Shown here: one piece after another, positions 10,333-21,230 of the stretch | Position numbering within the stretch: position 1 is the stretch's first letter | Layout: the number at the start of each line of letters is the position of its first letter | Source of the DNA: Anaerolineales bacterium | GTDB taxonomy: Bacteria > Chloroflexota > Anaerolineae > Anaerolineales > RBG-16-64-43 | DNA length: 64,000 nt | NCBI GenBank assembly: GCA_049511715.1 | Contig: JBEKXU010000003.1 | Location: forward strand, 36,408-100,407 | Direction: 5' to 3' | Notes under the pieces: generated by a model | Database searches by the model: none | Seen by the model: only the letters and a program-made list of their open reading frames with translations | Told to the model about the DNA's origin: nothing | Made by a program: the position numbers and the translations under genes

Positions 10333-11242
10333 GGTTTATTCTCCAATTCTCCGGATTTGAGGTTTCCGAAACTGAATGGCCGAGATGTGGCGGCGCTGAG
10401 AAGTGGTCGTCCACTCCCCGGAACAGCCCGCTCCGGCGTCTTTCTCCTGTTGAAGTCCGGCATCCCGCTGGGTAAGCGGTGGACCCACCCGGGAGGCAAT
10501 CATAGTCGAAAAATGGGACGCGGGCCAAGAATGAGGTACCGGGCATTCTTCGCCCCAGGGTTGCGGCTGGGCAGGGGACTCGGGCAGGATTGCGGTGCTG
10601 CAATCAAGCACGGAATGGCCCGGGTTTGCTAGAGGGTGCGAACGGAGCAAAGGGGCATGACTGTCGGATCGAGGGCGGAAGCCGCCGCTGAGACGTCCCC
10701 CAGTGCCGAATTCGTCAACCGGGAGCGCAGCGCATCCTCTCCGAAACCGGACGATACAGAATCCAGCCCCCCTCGAAGCCGAACGGGCACCGAGGCAGCC
10801 CCTTAGTCACCTGTTCCCACTGCGGACGGGAGCGAATTGGCTCTTCGAGGGAAAGGCGACGTACAATGGGATCCGCAGGACGTCGGGATCTTCGCAACAA
10901 CGGATTAGAATGGGGTTCGCGGGTTACTGGAGGACCGCCCGGTTGTCAAGACAGGCTGCCAGATCCGTCAAATCCGTCTGTGGCCTGGAATCGCTGGCAT
11001 GGGTTCCGCACGTGGCCCGCATCGGCGATGGGGGGTTCCTTGACGGGGGGCAGGCCATGGTGGGGAGAAGAATGATCCTGGCTCTGCCGAGGCGTGGGCG
11101 CGAAGATCACGCAAGCACCCCCACTCGTACGGTTGGTGTTGTAACAGGAGAAACTGAGGATGGAGGCGAGTACGTGGGAACGAGGCAAGGTCAGTCCCAG
11201 TGCAGTCCTGTAAGGCCACCCTCTTCGAGGAGGTAGGGCGCC

Positions 11243-12469
11243 ATGGAAAAGAAAAGCTTCACGGTCTACGGGTACCGTTGGGCTGTGCTTGTGGCCTTTG
11301 CATTGGTGGTTGCGGTCACGCAGATTCTGTGGATCACCTTTGCATCCATAACCCATGATGCGGGGCAGTTTTACGGCGTTTCCGACCTGAGCATCAGCCT
11401 TCTCTCCATGAGCTTTATGATTGTTTTCATCATTCTGTCGATCCCTGCCTCCTGGGTAATCGACACCTACGGGATTCGCGTCGGCGTTGGGATCGGCGCC
11501 GCCCTCACAGCGCTTTTTGGCCTGATGCGGGGCCTAGGCCCTGTTTCCTCTTCCTTTACCTTGGTCTTGATCGCCCAGATCGGGATTGCCATTGGCCAGC
11601 CCTTTGTCCTCAATGCCCAGACCAAAGTGGTCGCGCGTTGGTTCCCCGTGAGCGACCGGGCGACGATCGTGGGTTTTACGTCTCTGGCCTTGTTCGTCGG
11701 TATCATCATCGGCATGGCCGTGACACCGTTTTTGGCGGCGCTTCCTTCCGGGATCCCGGGAATGCTGCTCATCTACGGGATCATTGCCTTGATTGCCGGT
11801 ATCCTGTTTTTTGCCCTGGTGCGGGAGCGCCCACCGACGCCGCCGTGTCCTCCCGAGCAGGAGGCTCGATCTCTCGTCTTCGTGGGCCTGCGCCAAATGC
11901 TGACGAAGGCGGACTTCCTGGTGACGATGGTCATTTTCTTTGTGGGCTTGGGCTTGTTTAATGCCGTGTCCACCTGGATCGAGGATATCGTCAAACCGCG
12001 GGGCCTGGACGCGACCCAGGCTGGAATCATCGGCGGCTTGATGGTCTTCGGAGGCATTCTCGGCGCCGTGATTCTTCCCATGCTGTCGGATCATTTTCGT
12101 CGCAGGGTTCCCTTCATCATCGTCGCCCTGGCTGGCGGCACGCTGGGCTTGGCTGGCCTGACTTTCTTTGGGACCTATCCCCTCCTGATCGTTTCGGCTC
12201 TGGTCCTGGGTCTCTTCCTGCTCAGCGCGGCCCCCATTGGTTTCCAGTACGGCGCCGAGATCACGCTTCCGGCGCCCGAAGGGACCTCCTACGGGATGCT
12301 GATGTTAATGGGGCAAATCTCCGGGATCATCTTCATTTTTGGCATGGACAGCTTTCGGACCCCCACTGGGGCGATGACCCCGTCATTGATTGCCCTGATC
12401 GTTCTCATGGCCGCCTGCATCCTCTTGAGCACGCGGCTGCACGAACCGAAGAGCCTGACCCAGGCCTAA
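11243..12469 (+). CDS. MFS transporter (FLVCR/SLC49-like)
   Basis: About 12 hydrophobic helices, F.VY.YRW N-terminus, WFP..R motif, SDHFRRR loop. GAGGAGG RBS. Confidence 0.88.
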   Translation: MEKKSFTVYGYRWAVLVAFALVVAVTQILWITFASITHDAGQFYGVSDLSISLLSMSFMIVFIILSIPASWVIDTYGIRVGVGIGAALTALFGLMRGLGPVSSSFTLVLIAQIGIAIGQPFVLNAQTKVVARWFPVSDRATIVGFTSLALFVGIIIGMAVTPFLAALPSGIPGMLLIYGIIALIAGILFFALVRERPPTPPCPPEQEARSLVFVGLRQMLTKADFLVTMVIFFVGLGLFNAVSTWIEDIVKPRGLDATQAGIIGGLMVFGGILGAVILPMLSDHFRRRVPFIIVALAGGTLGLAGLTFFGTYPLLIVSALVLGLFLLSAAPIGFQYGAEITLPAPEGTSYGMLMLMGQISGIIFIFGMDSFRTPTGAMTPSLIALIVLMAACILLSTRLHEPKSLTQA

Positions 12470-12573
12470 GGCACCAATCCCTGGGCAAGCCTTTAGGGGA
12501 GCAGGAGAGTTCGAGCCAGACGGAGATCCCAGGGGAGCTCCTCAAGAAGTTTTCTCCCTCCTCAGGAGGCTCC

Positions 12574-12602
12574 GCGAAGCCCCGGGGCAACCGGGGCTTC
12601 GC
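12574..12602 (+). terminator. Stem-loop downstream of the MFS gene
   Basis: GCGAAGCCCCGG-GGCAA-CCGGGGCTTCGC, 12-bp stem with a weak U-tract. Confidence 0.45.
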
Positions 12603-12868
12603 CCGTGGTTTGTGGGCCCAAGGGTACCAGCCCCTTGGAGTCGGCCCATTGGCACTCCCGGGCGGGGGCCCGCGCCTGCGGGCGGAGGTTACGGCGCGGT
12701 CGCCTCGCCTCCCTGACGGTGTGCCGAGGTGGGGCCTGTCGGGCAGAGGAGATCCGGTTCCAGAAGGCCATTCGCCTCGGGCCTGCGAAAAGAATCCGAT
12801 ACCCTGTTGATAATCTTGTCCTCCTGTCAGCGAGCGGCTGGACAGCCCGAGGCACCATTCCGTTTCAG

Positions 12869-14080
12869 ATGCTACGGACGCATAGGGTTCTGCTGTTCGA
12901 CCTCGACGGTGTCCTGATTACTCTCGGGGGCTACCACCGGGCTCTGCAGGCAACCGTGAACCTCCAAACCCGCCGAATGGGGCTTGGCGATCTGGCCCCA
13001 GATGAGGCTGCGATCGACTTTCTGGAAACGGGCGGCCTCACGGTCGAGTGGGACTCGTCGGCCATTTGCCTGGCCGTCCTGGTGACAGACCTGTGGTGCC
13101 AGGATCCGGGCTTGCGGCTTCCCGGGGTCTGGGAGGGGATTGTCTCGGCCATCCGCACCCGCTTCGGCGGGGCCCATCCTCATCCGGACTATTTCCGCTG
13201 GGGCGAGAAGATTTGCTCCGCGGTTTCCCAAGGGAGTCCCGCGCCTCGCACGGCACTGGATCTCCTTTTGGGTGCAGCGCAAGCGGTAGACTCCGGGGCG
13301 CGTGTGGAGGAACTGAGGTCGGCGCTAGAGGTTCTCCTTGGCCTGACCCGGGACTTTCGCCGCTCCGTAACCATGCGCGTCTTCCAGCACTTCACGTTGG
13401 GTTCGGAGGGATTTCGGCGGACCTACGGGGAAGAACCCTGCTTCGAGACACCCTCCCTGCTTGAGGAATACGACGGTCCCACCCTCCCGCCGGAGGAAAC
13501 TCAGGACCTCGTGAGCTTGACCCGCAGCGGGGAAACGCGGGCTGCCGTCTTCACCCTCCGGCTGACCCGGCCTGCCTTGCCTTCCATCTTGGGCGGCGAG
13601 TATGCCCCGGAGGCTGAGGTCGCCCTGGAGAGACTGGGACTGTCCGGTTGGCCTGTCGTTGGCTTCGGCCAGCTTCGCTGGCTGGCCGGGACGCGCAACG
13701 CCTACTCGGACCTCTACTTGAAACCATGCCCCGCCCACGCCCTGGCGGCCATCGCCCGAGCGCTTGGGGCGGCGGAGGAAGACGCCCTGCGGTCCGCCTC
13801 CCGCCTGCTGGAGGAAGATCAGCTCACAGGGACTCTGACCGACCTTCGGGAAGAAAAGCTGGCCCTGCACGTCTTTGAGGACTCTTCCTCCAGCTTGCGC
13901 GGAGTCGAGCAAGCCGTGCGCCTGCTCAGGGGTCAGGGAGCGAACGTCGCCTTCCATCCCTGGGGAATCGCGAGCACCCCGAGGCGTGGCCTGGGCCTGA
14001 AGGGCTTGGGTTACCCGGTTTTCGAAAAAGTAGGGCAAGCCCTCACCGAAGCCGGGATTCTTGCGAGCGCGCCAGCTTGA
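12869..14080 (+). CDS. HAD-superfamily hydrolase-like protein with large cap insertion
   Basis: LLFDLDGV (motif I), VFT (II), LKP (III), VFEDS (IV). Start trimmed to ATG 12869. Confidence 0.7.
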   Translation: MLRTHRVLLFDLDGVLITLGGYHRALQATVNLQTRRMGLGDLAPDEAAIDFLETGGLTVEWDSSAICLAVLVTDLWCQDPGLRLPGVWEGIVSAIRTRFGGAHPHPDYFRWGEKICSAVSQGSPAPRTALDLLLGAAQAVDSGARVEELRSALEVLLGLTRDFRRSVTMRVFQHFTLGSEGFRRTYGEEPCFETPSLLEEYDGPTLPPEETQDLVSLTRSGETRAAVFTLRLTRPALPSILGGEYAPEAEVALERLGLSGWPVVGFGQLRWLAGTRNAYSDLYLKPCPAHALAAIARALGAAEEDALRSASRLLEEDQLTGTLTDLREEKLALHVFEDSSSSLRGVEQAVRLLRGQGANVAFHPWGIASTPRRGLGLKGLGYPVFEKVGQALTEAGILASAPA

Positions 14081-14419
14081 CACCTCCCCGGCGATCTGGC
14101 CGGGGCCCAAACCGTGGCCTTCGCTACTCTCATCTTGTCTGAGCTCCTGCGCCCCTTCACTGCCCGCAGCGAGCGGCTCGGCCTGTTCTCGCTCGGCCCC
14201 TTTTCCAGCCCTGGGATGAACTCCGCTTGTCTTTCCTCGTTCCTTCTGATTCTGGCCGTGATCTACGTGCCTTTCCTCGATCCGGTCTTCAGCACCATGG
14301 CGCTTGGGTGGCGGGATTGGCTGGTCATGACTCCCTTGTACATATCCTCCCCGGTGGCGGCCGAGGTTACCAAGTTCGCCCTGCGCCGCAGGGCAGCCAG
14401 CAGACGGCCGTTGGCCTGA
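14081..14419 (+). pseudogene. C-terminal fragment of a cation (Ca2+-type) P-type ATPase
   Basis: AQTVAFATLILSEL..FTARSE and LAVIYVPFLDPVFSTMALGWRDW match the last TM helices of P-type IIA ATPases. No N-terminal or catalytic domains and no clear RBS. Confidence 0.65.
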
Positions 14420-14484
14420 AGCTGGTCCCGTCGGGGTCTGCCTTGAGCCGGGTTTTCCTGGGCCTCGCTGGCACCACCGGTTCC

Positions 14485-15456
14485 CTACCAAGCATACGCT
14501 TCCGGGGCCTCCCCGCCGGGTCCAGGCCAGATCTGGTCCAGTTCCGCCAACGTTCCACTCTCCATTTGGAGCCCCAGGGTCTCGACCGCCGTGGTCAGCT
14601 GTGCCGAGGTGCGGGGGCCAATGATCGGCGCCGTCACGGCCGGATTGTGAAGCACCCACGCCAGGGCAATCCGGGCTGGGTCCTCGCTTAGCTTCCGGCA
14701 AAGGGCCTCATAGCGATCGAGTTGGCCTTCGATCTTCGCCAGTTCCTCGCGCGCCATCTTGCTGGCCCGCCGTCCCTCTTGGGCCGCCCGAGCCCCGCCC
14801 GCCAGCAGGCCGCCGGCCAGGGGGCTGTAGGGGATCAGGCCCAAACCATAGCTGCGGCAGGCAGGGATGACCTCGAGTTCGATCGATCGTGTGGACAGGT
14901 TGTAGATGCTCTGTTCGCTCACCAGTCCCAGGAAGTGTCGCGAGGCCGCCGCGCACTCGGCCTGGGCAATATGCCATCCCGCGAAGTTGCTGCTGCCCAC
15001 ATACAGGACTTTCCCTTCCTGGACCAGCAGCTCCATCGCCTGCCAGATCTCATCCCAGGGTGTCTGACGGTCGATGTGATGCATCTGATAGAGATCGATG
15101 TGGTCGGTCTGCAGGCGGCGCAAGCTTTGCTCGCAGGCCCGCCGGATGTGATAGGCCGAGAGCTTGCCCTCGTTGGGCCATTCCCCCATCTTTCCATGGA
15201 CCTTCGTCGCCAGAACCACCTTTTCTCGGCGGCCCCCGCCCTGCGCAAGCCAGCGGCCGACGATTTGCTCGGTCAGTCCCTCGCCTGGCTTCCAGCCGTA
15301 GACATTTGCAGTGTCGAAAAAGTTAAGGCCGAGCTGTAGAGCCTCGTCCATGATGCGGAAGCTGGAGGCCTCATCGGTCAACGGCCCGAAATTCATCGTG
15401 CCCAGGCACAGGCGACTGACCAGCAGTCCGGTTCGTCCCAAGTGCGTGTATTCCAT
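14485..15456 (-). CDS. Aldo/keto reductase
   Basis: LCLGTMNFG, FDTANVYG, LATK, SLRRLQTDHIDLYQMH and YSPLAGGLL. Confidence 0.93.
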   Translation of the reverse strand: MEYTHLGRTGLLVSRLCLGTMNFGPLTDEASSFRIMDEALQLGLNFFDTANVYGWKPGEGLTEQIVGRWLAQGGGRREKVVLATKVHGKMGEWPNEGKLSAYHIRRACEQSLRRLQTDHIDLYQMHHIDRQTPWDEIWQAMELLVQEGKVLYVGSSNFAGWHIAQAECAAASRHFLGLVSEQSIYNLSTRSIELEVIPACRSYGLGLIPYSPLAGGLLAGGARAAQEGRRASKMAREELAKIEGQLDRYEALCRKLSEDPARIALAWVLHNPAVTAPIIGPRTSAQLTTAVETLGLQMESGTLAELDQIWPGPGGEAPEAYAW

Positions 15457-15533
15457 GTCCACCTCTCTCTCTGCAAGGTATCGCGGCTTTTCACTCTCTC
15501 GAAGCGGTCGCGCTGGCGCTCCGGCCGGTGCGT

Positions 15534-16697
15534 CTACCAAGCCCTTTCCAGGATCTCCGTCATCTCATCCTTGCCCAGTGAGATAGGATTGCCTTTCATG
15601 CTGCTGGAAACGGCAGATTGCTCCACCAGGGCGGGGAAATCGGCTGGGGTCAGACCGTAGGTTCGGAGCGGGGGGATCCCCAACTCCGTGCCGAGGTCCG
15701 TCACCCAGCGGACGCCATCTTCTGGAGTTGCGGTGGGAAGCCCGGTGAGAACTTGAGCAACCTCTCGATACCCATCGAGACCTGAGCCCTGCGGCCCTCG
15801 ACGCCGTAAGGCCCGGATGTTGACATCCATGGTCAATGGAAGCAACCGGGCACAGAGCGCGCCATGCGGGGCATTGTATTTCCCTCCGAGGGGGCCGGCA
15901 AAGCCGTGGGCGGCGCCCAGGCCCGCGTTGGCCAGGCTGATCCCGCTCAGCAGGCTGGCGAGGGCCATGTCCGCCCGGGCCTCCAGGTCGCTCCCCTGAG
16001 CGTAGGCTCGGCGCAATGACCGGGAGACGCGGGCCATGCCTTCGCGCGCCAGAGCTCGGACCATGGGATTGGAACGGGTAGACACAAACGGTTCGATCAG
16101 TTGTGTCAAGGCGTCCATTCCGGTACTGGCCGTTACCTGGGGCGGGGCGCTTGCGGAGAGGACCGGGTCCACCACGGCAAGCCGGGGGAGCATCAGACTG
16201 CTGCGGAGGCTGACTTTGACCTTGTGCTCAGGAGAAGCGAGAACCGCATTCTTGGTGGCCTCCGCCCCTGTCCCAGCCGTAGTGGGGAGGGCGATCAGGG
16301 GCAGGGGCGTCTGGGTCAGCGACCTGCCGCTCCCGATGATCTCCAGGTATTCGAGGAGTTCTCCGGGATTGGCGGCCATCGCCGCGATGGCCTTCCCGGC
16401 ATCCAGGGCGCTGCCGCCGCCCAAAGCGATGACAAGGTCGCAGCGGGATTCGCGCGCCAGGCGGGTTCCCTCGGCGACCAGCGTGGTGGTCGGCTCGGCC
16501 TGTACCGCCAGAGGGACGGGAACGAGCCCTTGGGCTCCCAAGGCCTCGATGAGAGCGGCTGAGCGTTCCGGATGGCTGCCGGTGACCAACAGTGGACGCC
16601 GGCCCAACGCCTTCGCCGCCGGGGGGACCTGCTCGGCCGAACCCACACCGAACAGGATGCGCGCGGCCGTGGCGAACTCAAACTGGGAGACACTCAT
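15534..16697 (-). CDS. Iron-containing alcohol dehydrogenase
   Basis: [30 protein letters not shown] and APHG. Confidence 0.9.
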   Translation of the reverse strand: MSVSQFEFATAARILFGVGSAEQVPPAAKALGRRPLLVTGSHPERSAALIEALGAQGLVPVPLAVQAEPTTTLVAEGTRLARESRCDLVIALGGGSALDAGKAIAAMAANPGELLEYLEIIGSGRSLTQTPLPLIALPTTAGTGAEATKNAVLASPEHKVKVSLRSSLMLPRLAVVDPVLSASAPPQVTASTGMDALTQLIEPFVSTRSNPMVRALAREGMARVSRSLRRAYAQGSDLEARADMALASLLSGISLANAGLGAAHGFAGPLGGKYNAPHGALCARLLPLTMDVNIRALRRRGPQGSGLDGYREVAQVLTGLPTATPEDGVRWVTDLGTELGIPPLRTYGLTPADFPALVEQSAVSSSMKGNPISLGKDEMTEILERAW

Positions 16698-17002
16698 TTC
16701 CACCCCCGGTCCTCTGGAAAGACGTTCGAGTACTTGAGGCTGGATCTTGGTTCGGCCATCAGCTCGCCTACGGCGTCTCGCCACCTGGCGTAGTGGGAGG
16801 TCTCCCGGTGGCGGGCATTGTCCTCGGGCGTGTGGTAGACCTCAATGAGTAGGAACCGGGTCGCATCGTCTTGCTGCTGAAGGACATCGAACCGCGCGAC
16901 CCCCGGTTCCTCGAGGCTGTGGCGGGCGTTTTCGATCGAGGCCGCCCGAAAGGTTTCGATGGCCTCAGGCTGAACATGGACAGATACCAAGACCACGTGC
17001 AT
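16694..17002 (-). CDS. ABM/LsrG-like putative quinol monooxygenase or isomerase
   Basis: [28 protein letters not shown] pattern. GGAGG RBS. Confidence 0.82.
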   Translation of the reverse strand: MHVVLVSVHVQPEAIETFRAASIENARHSLEEPGVARFDVLQQQDDATRFLLIEVYHTPEDNARHRETSHYARWRDAVGELMAEPRSSLKYSNVFPEDRGWK

Positions 17003-17015
17003 CGACCACCTCCGT

Positions 17016-18224
17016 CTAGAGCGATTTGTTGGAGCGGCCGGCCGCGGGGAAGCGGGGGCCAAGATCGCTTCCTCGCTCGATCACGTTTCGGCCGAAGCGC
17101 TCTCGGATCTCATCGATAGCAGCATTCAAGCGGCGCGCTTTTTCCGAATCTGCCTCCCACAGGCTTAGCTGGTGCACCGCGCTGGTCAGATGGCTAACCC
17201 CTACGCCAATCAGGCGAACGGCTCGTCCGTTGCTCCACGCTCTCTCGAAAAGAGCAAGGGCGGCCTGGTAGACCTCCTGGTCCTGGTCTGTTGGGTGAGC
17301 CAGAGTGGATTGTCGGCTGAGGGTTGTGAAATCGGGCCAGCGCAGCTTGAGGTGCACGGTCAATCCCAGTCGTTCCTCCTGACGGAGCCGGCCTGCGACC
17401 CCCTCCGCCTGAGAGCGAAGTATACGGCACAGCGCTTGACCGTCGCGCAGGTCCTGCGCGAAGGTCTCCTCCTGGCTCACGGACTTGATTTCCCGCTGCG
17501 CTTCAACAGGACGGTCATCGATCCCTCGCGACCGCTCCCAGAAATCGTGGCCGATGGTCCCGTGGCGGGCGACAAGCTCGCGCTCGGAGAGGCGCGCGAG
17601 ATCTCCGATCCGGTCAATACCCAGCTCGTGCAACTTGGCAGCGGTCTTTGGACCCACCCCCCAAAGGGCCTCAATGGGTAACGGGGCGAGAAAGGCCGCC
17701 TCCGAACCCGGGGGTACAACCGTGATGGCATTGGGCGGGCTTGCGCCACGCGCCGCCCCCTTGCCCACGTCTGTCGCGATCTTGGCAACCAGTTTGTTGG
17801 TGGCCACGCCCAGCGAGCACGGGAGACCGAGTTCATTGCGAATCCGGCGCTGGATCCCATGAGCGATCTGCTCGCCGGCTTCGGCAAGGTCGCTGACATC
17901 CAGGAACGCCTCGTCGATCGAAAGGGGTTCCATCACAGCCGTCACATCCCCCAGCCTTTCCATCACCCGTTCCGAGACCTCGCCGTAGACGGAGTGTCGA
18001 GAGGACACGATGATAAGATCGCGGCAAAGCTTGACGGCGCGCGCCATGGGCATGGCCGACCGGACCCCGTAGCGGCGAGCCGCGTACGAACAGGAGGCCA
18101 CGACCCCTCGTCCCTCGGGTCGGCCTCCTACCGCAAACGGCTTTCCCCGCAGCGAGGGATTGCGCAGTTCCTCCACGGCGCAGAAGAAGGCGTCCAGGTC
18201 AACGTGAATGATCTTGCGAGGCAT
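17016..18224 (-). CDS. dinB: DNA polymerase IV
   Basis: [41 protein letters not shown] and LWGVG. Confidence 0.95.
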   Translation of the reverse strand: MPRKIIHVDLDAFFCAVEELRNPSLRGKPFAVGGRPEGRGVVASCSYAARRYGVRSAMPMARAVKLCRDLIIVSSRHSVYGEVSERVMERLGDVTAVMEPLSIDEAFLDVSDLAEAGEQIAHGIQRRIRNELGLPCSLGVATNKLVAKIATDVGKGAARGASPPNAITVVPPGSEAAFLAPLPIEALWGVGPKTAAKLHELGIDRIGDLARLSERELVARHGTIGHDFWERSRGIDDRPVEAQREIKSVSQEETFAQDLRDGQALCRILRSQAEGVAGRLRQEERLGLTVHLKLRWPDFTTLSRQSTLAHPTDQDQEVYQAALALFERAWSNGRAVRLIGVGVSHLTSAVHQLSLWEADSEKARRLNAAIDEIRERFGRNVIERGSDLGPRFPAAGRSNKSL

Positions 18225-18331
18225 GGAGGCGAGAGGTGAATCCGGGCGGCTCAGGCCCATTGGACCGCGGCCCGACGAAGGCAATCGTCACTCGATCGGA
18301 TTGGGCTCCAGTCCTCCCCCTCGGGGAGGGC

Positions 18332-19195
18332 TCAGGACCCTGCTCCGTGGAGGTGCTGGTGGTCAAGGCCATGTTGATGTGGATGTCGGTGTGTTTCCGG
18401 TGCCAGGTCATGACGGTGCCAGTGAGAATGGATCAAGTTGCTGGCGAGTAGCAGCGGCTCGTCCGCCAGGACTTTGTTCGGCGTGCCCTGGGCGGCCAGG
18501 CAGTGATCTTCGCCAAGAACCAGGACCCGGTCAGCGATCACCTCTACGATAGACAGATCGTGGGTCGCTGTGACCACGGTCTTCCCGGCCTCCCCCTGCT
18601 CGAGGATGAAATCCAGGAGCCAGGACTGAGTGCGCGGGTCGAGCCCGCTAGTCGGTTCATCCAGGAGCCAGACCTCAGGCATCAGGCTGAGCACGGAGGC
18701 CAGTGCGACCCGCTTTTTCTCCCCACTGGAGAGTTGATGAGGGGCTCGCTCGCGCAGTCGCTCGATTTGCAGGTTGCCCAGGGCCCTGTCCACCCGCTCC
18801 CTGACTTCCGAGGCCGCCAATCCAAGCTGGAGAGGAGCGAACGCCACCTCCTCCCAGACCGAGGGCATGAACAACTGGACATCACTGTCTTGAAAGACCA
18901 GGCCCACACGCCTCCGAAACTCGAAGTTGAAGGCCTCCTCCTGAAGTGCTTTCTCGCTTAAGGGCTGGCCAAAGGCCAGGACTGAGCCTTGGCCTGGGAA
19001 GTAGAGGCCGTCGAGGACCTTCAACAGGGTGCTCTTGCCGGACCCGTTGGAGCCCAAGATGGCGAGCCGCTCTCCGGCCTGGACGGTCAGGCTGACATGC
19101 TCGAGCGCGGGGACGCGGCCGTCATAGGCGAAAGAGACATCACGCACCTCGAACACCGAGGCTTGCTCCCGAGATTCCCCGAGTGCATTTGCCAC
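18332..19195 (-). CDS. cbiO: ECF-type Ni/Co transporter ATPase (CbiO/NikO) with His-rich tail
   Basis: GSNGSGKST, LSSGEKKR, LDEPT and ATHD. C-terminus HSHWHRH..HRHPHQH..HQHLH. Confidence 0.88.
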   Translation of the reverse strand: MANALGESREQASVFEVRDVSFAYDGRVPALEHVSLTVQAGERLAILGSNGSGKSTLLKVLDGLYFPGQGSVLAFGQPLSEKALQEEAFNFEFRRRVGLVFQDSDVQLFMPSVWEEVAFAPLQLGLAASEVRERVDRALGNLQIERLRERAPHQLSSGEKKRVALASVLSLMPEVWLLDEPTSGLDPRTQSWLLDFILEQGEAGKTVVTATHDLSIVEVIADRVLVLGEDHCLAAQGTPNKVLADEPLLLASNLIHSHWHRHDLAPETHRHPHQHGLDHQHLHGAGS

Positions 19196-19207
19196 GACTG
19201 CACTCCC

Positions 19208-20047
19208 TCAGCGCCCCAGCCAGATCAGGAGGGCGACTAGGATCAGCAGGATCACCGCCCAGACCCAGTCCTGGAATTCAAGGGTGTCGATCGTCCGCGG
19301 ATAGTCGCGAAAGCCGCGGGATTGCATGGCCAGATAGACTTCGCTGCTGACCTGCAACGACTTGCTGAGCAGGGCCCCCGAGGTGGCTGCGACCAGATTC
19401 CGTCCCTCGGCCCCCGTCATCGGCCGCAGGACCCGGCTCTTGCGGGACAACAACATGTCATTGGTGAGGTTCAGCAGGAGGTGAATATAGCGGTAGGTCA
19501 TCCCCAGGATCAGGATAATCACACCCGGCAGACGCAGCACGCCCAAGGCCTTGAGCATGCTGTTCCACGGGGTGGTGAGGATCAAGAGGACCGTCAGCGA
19601 GACTGAGGTGCCCACCCGGAGGAGCAGGAATAGGGCGGTCATTGCCCCAGTGGTTGTGGTTACCAACCCGAAGGGCAGATGGAGCCCGACCGGCCCGGGA
19701 GTGGTGAACAGGGCCGGGAGAGCAATGACCGCCGTGAAAAAAGGGATGAACAGCCAAACCCGCTTAACAAAGAACCCCATGGGCACGTGGGAAACTGCCG
19801 CGAGCCCGAGAGTCAGGAAGTAGACTAGGACGATGATGGCCAGGCTGTGTGAGAGGCTCACCGAGATGAGCAGCATCAGGACCGAGATGATCTTGAGGCG
19901 CGGGTCCAGCGACTGTAGCCATCCCGGTCCCCGCGCGATCTGCTCGGCGAACAGGGACTGCTCCAAGGCGTGGTCGATGTCCGCAAGCGTCCGTTCGATC
20001 ACACCGCTCCGGAGAACGGACTTGGAAGACTGAGGCCCTTTCGTCAT
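19208..20047 (-). CDS. cbiQ: ECF-type Ni/Co transporter T component (CbiQ/NikQ)
   Basis: LDPRLK, TTPW..L.AL..L..P, YRYI and AMQSRGF. Confidence 0.88.
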   Translation of the reverse strand: MTKGPQSSKSVLRSGVIERTLADIDHALEQSLFAEQIARGPGWLQSLDPRLKIISVLMLLISVSLSHSLAIIVLVYFLTLGLAAVSHVPMGFFVKRVWLFIPFFTAVIALPALFTTPGPVGLHLPFGLVTTTTGAMTALFLLLRVGTSVSLTVLLILTTPWNSMLKALGVLRLPGVIILILGMTYRYIHLLLNLTNDMLLSRKSRVLRPMTGAEGRNLVAATSGALLSKSLQVSSEVYLAMQSRGFRDYPRTIDTLEFQDWVWAVILLILVALLIWLGR

Positions 20048-21066
20048 GTCGAACCCGTCTTGTGCAGGGTGACGAGCATGGTCAATAGCCAGGCCAGGAT
20101 CCCAATGATGATCGTCCCGACCAGGGCCGAAAGGATATAGCCCATGTCGGCATTCCGTGCGGCCGGCAGATTGTAGCCCGGCAGCGGTGCGGACCAGAGC
20201 CCGGACAACTGCGCCATCCCTTTGGGAAGGGAGGCCAGCCCCCTTTGGGCCAGCTGCCGGGAACTCCATTCGCCCCAGGCGGTTCCGGGAGCCAGCAGCC
20301 CAAGCGGCACCAGGACCACCATCATGGCCAGGGCAATCCAAAAAAACCGCCAATTCATGAATCCACCCGCGGGGGCCTGCGCGCGGGAGTCGACCGAAAA
20401 CTGGAGGGCCGACTGGTTGGCGCGTTGCAGGTAGGCCACGACCAGGGCCGTAATGAGACCTTCGACGACCGAGGCCACCAGCGCATGCGCAAGGACCATC
20501 GCGGGCAGGGAAACGGAGAGAGGATAAGGGGCGTACAGCGGCGTCCCATCCGCGGCGTGGAACAGCATGGGTTGGATTCCGAATTCAAAACCTGCAAAGA
20601 AGGCGGCGACCGTCAGGCCGGTCCATCCCCCAAGGGCGGCGCCAACGACCCGCCGCCGGGAAGTGATCGGTTGATTGCGGGAAAATGCCTGATAGACCGC
20701 GAAGCTCACGTAGGGCAGGACTACCGCCATGTTGAAGCAGTTCGCGCCCAGGGCCAGGATTCCGCCGTCACCGAAGAAGAAGGCCTGAATGACCAGGGCG
20801 ATCGATACGGCCATGCAGGCAATCTCGGGACCGATGATGATGGCGGCCAGGGCTCCGCCAACGGCATGGGCGGTGGTTCCGCCCGGAATCGGGACGTTGA
20901 ACATCATGATCACGAAAGAGAAGGCGGCCAGCAGGGAAATCAGGGGAACGTTCTTGGCGCTCATCCTTTGGCGCAGCCTTCGCGCGCCCGTCACCCAGAA
21001 AGGGAGGACGATCAGAAACATGACGATGCAGGTTGCGGGACTGAGGTAGCCGTCCGGAATGTGCAT
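20044..21066 (-). CDS. cbiM: ECF-type Ni/Co transporter S component, CbiM/NikM fused to a NikN-like domain
   Basis: MHIPDGYLS N-terminus, GGTTAHAVG, GDGGILALGAN and C-terminal AWGEW..APLPGY. Possible alternative start at GTG 21234 (see findings). Confidence 0.9.
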   Translation of the reverse strand: MHIPDGYLSPATCIVMFLIVLPFWVTGARRLRQRMSAKNVPLISLLAAFSFVIMMFNVPIPGGTTAHAVGGALAAIIIGPEIACMAVSIALVIQAFFFGDGGILALGANCFNMAVVLPYVSFAVYQAFSRNQPITSRRRVVGAALGGWTGLTVAAFFAGFEFGIQPMLFHAADGTPLYAPYPLSVSLPAMVLAHALVASVVEGLITALVVAYLQRANQSALQFSVDSRAQAPAGGFMNWRFFWIALAMMVVLVPLGLLAPGTAWGEWSSRQLAQRGLASLPKGMAQLSGLWSAPLPGYNLPAARNADMGYILSALVGTIIIGILAWLLTMLVTLHKTGST

Positions 21067-21230
21067 GGCGGTTGTGCCCAGCCAAACGGCCAAAAGGCCG
21101 TAGTAAAGGAGGAGTCTGCGCCGGGGCCGAAGAGCAGTTGAGATCCGGGACGTGATCGCCGCAGTCCGACGCTTTACAGGGCTTTGGAGGTTTGTGCGGT
21201 CGGCCTCGACCGGCTCCCTTGGCACGACGC

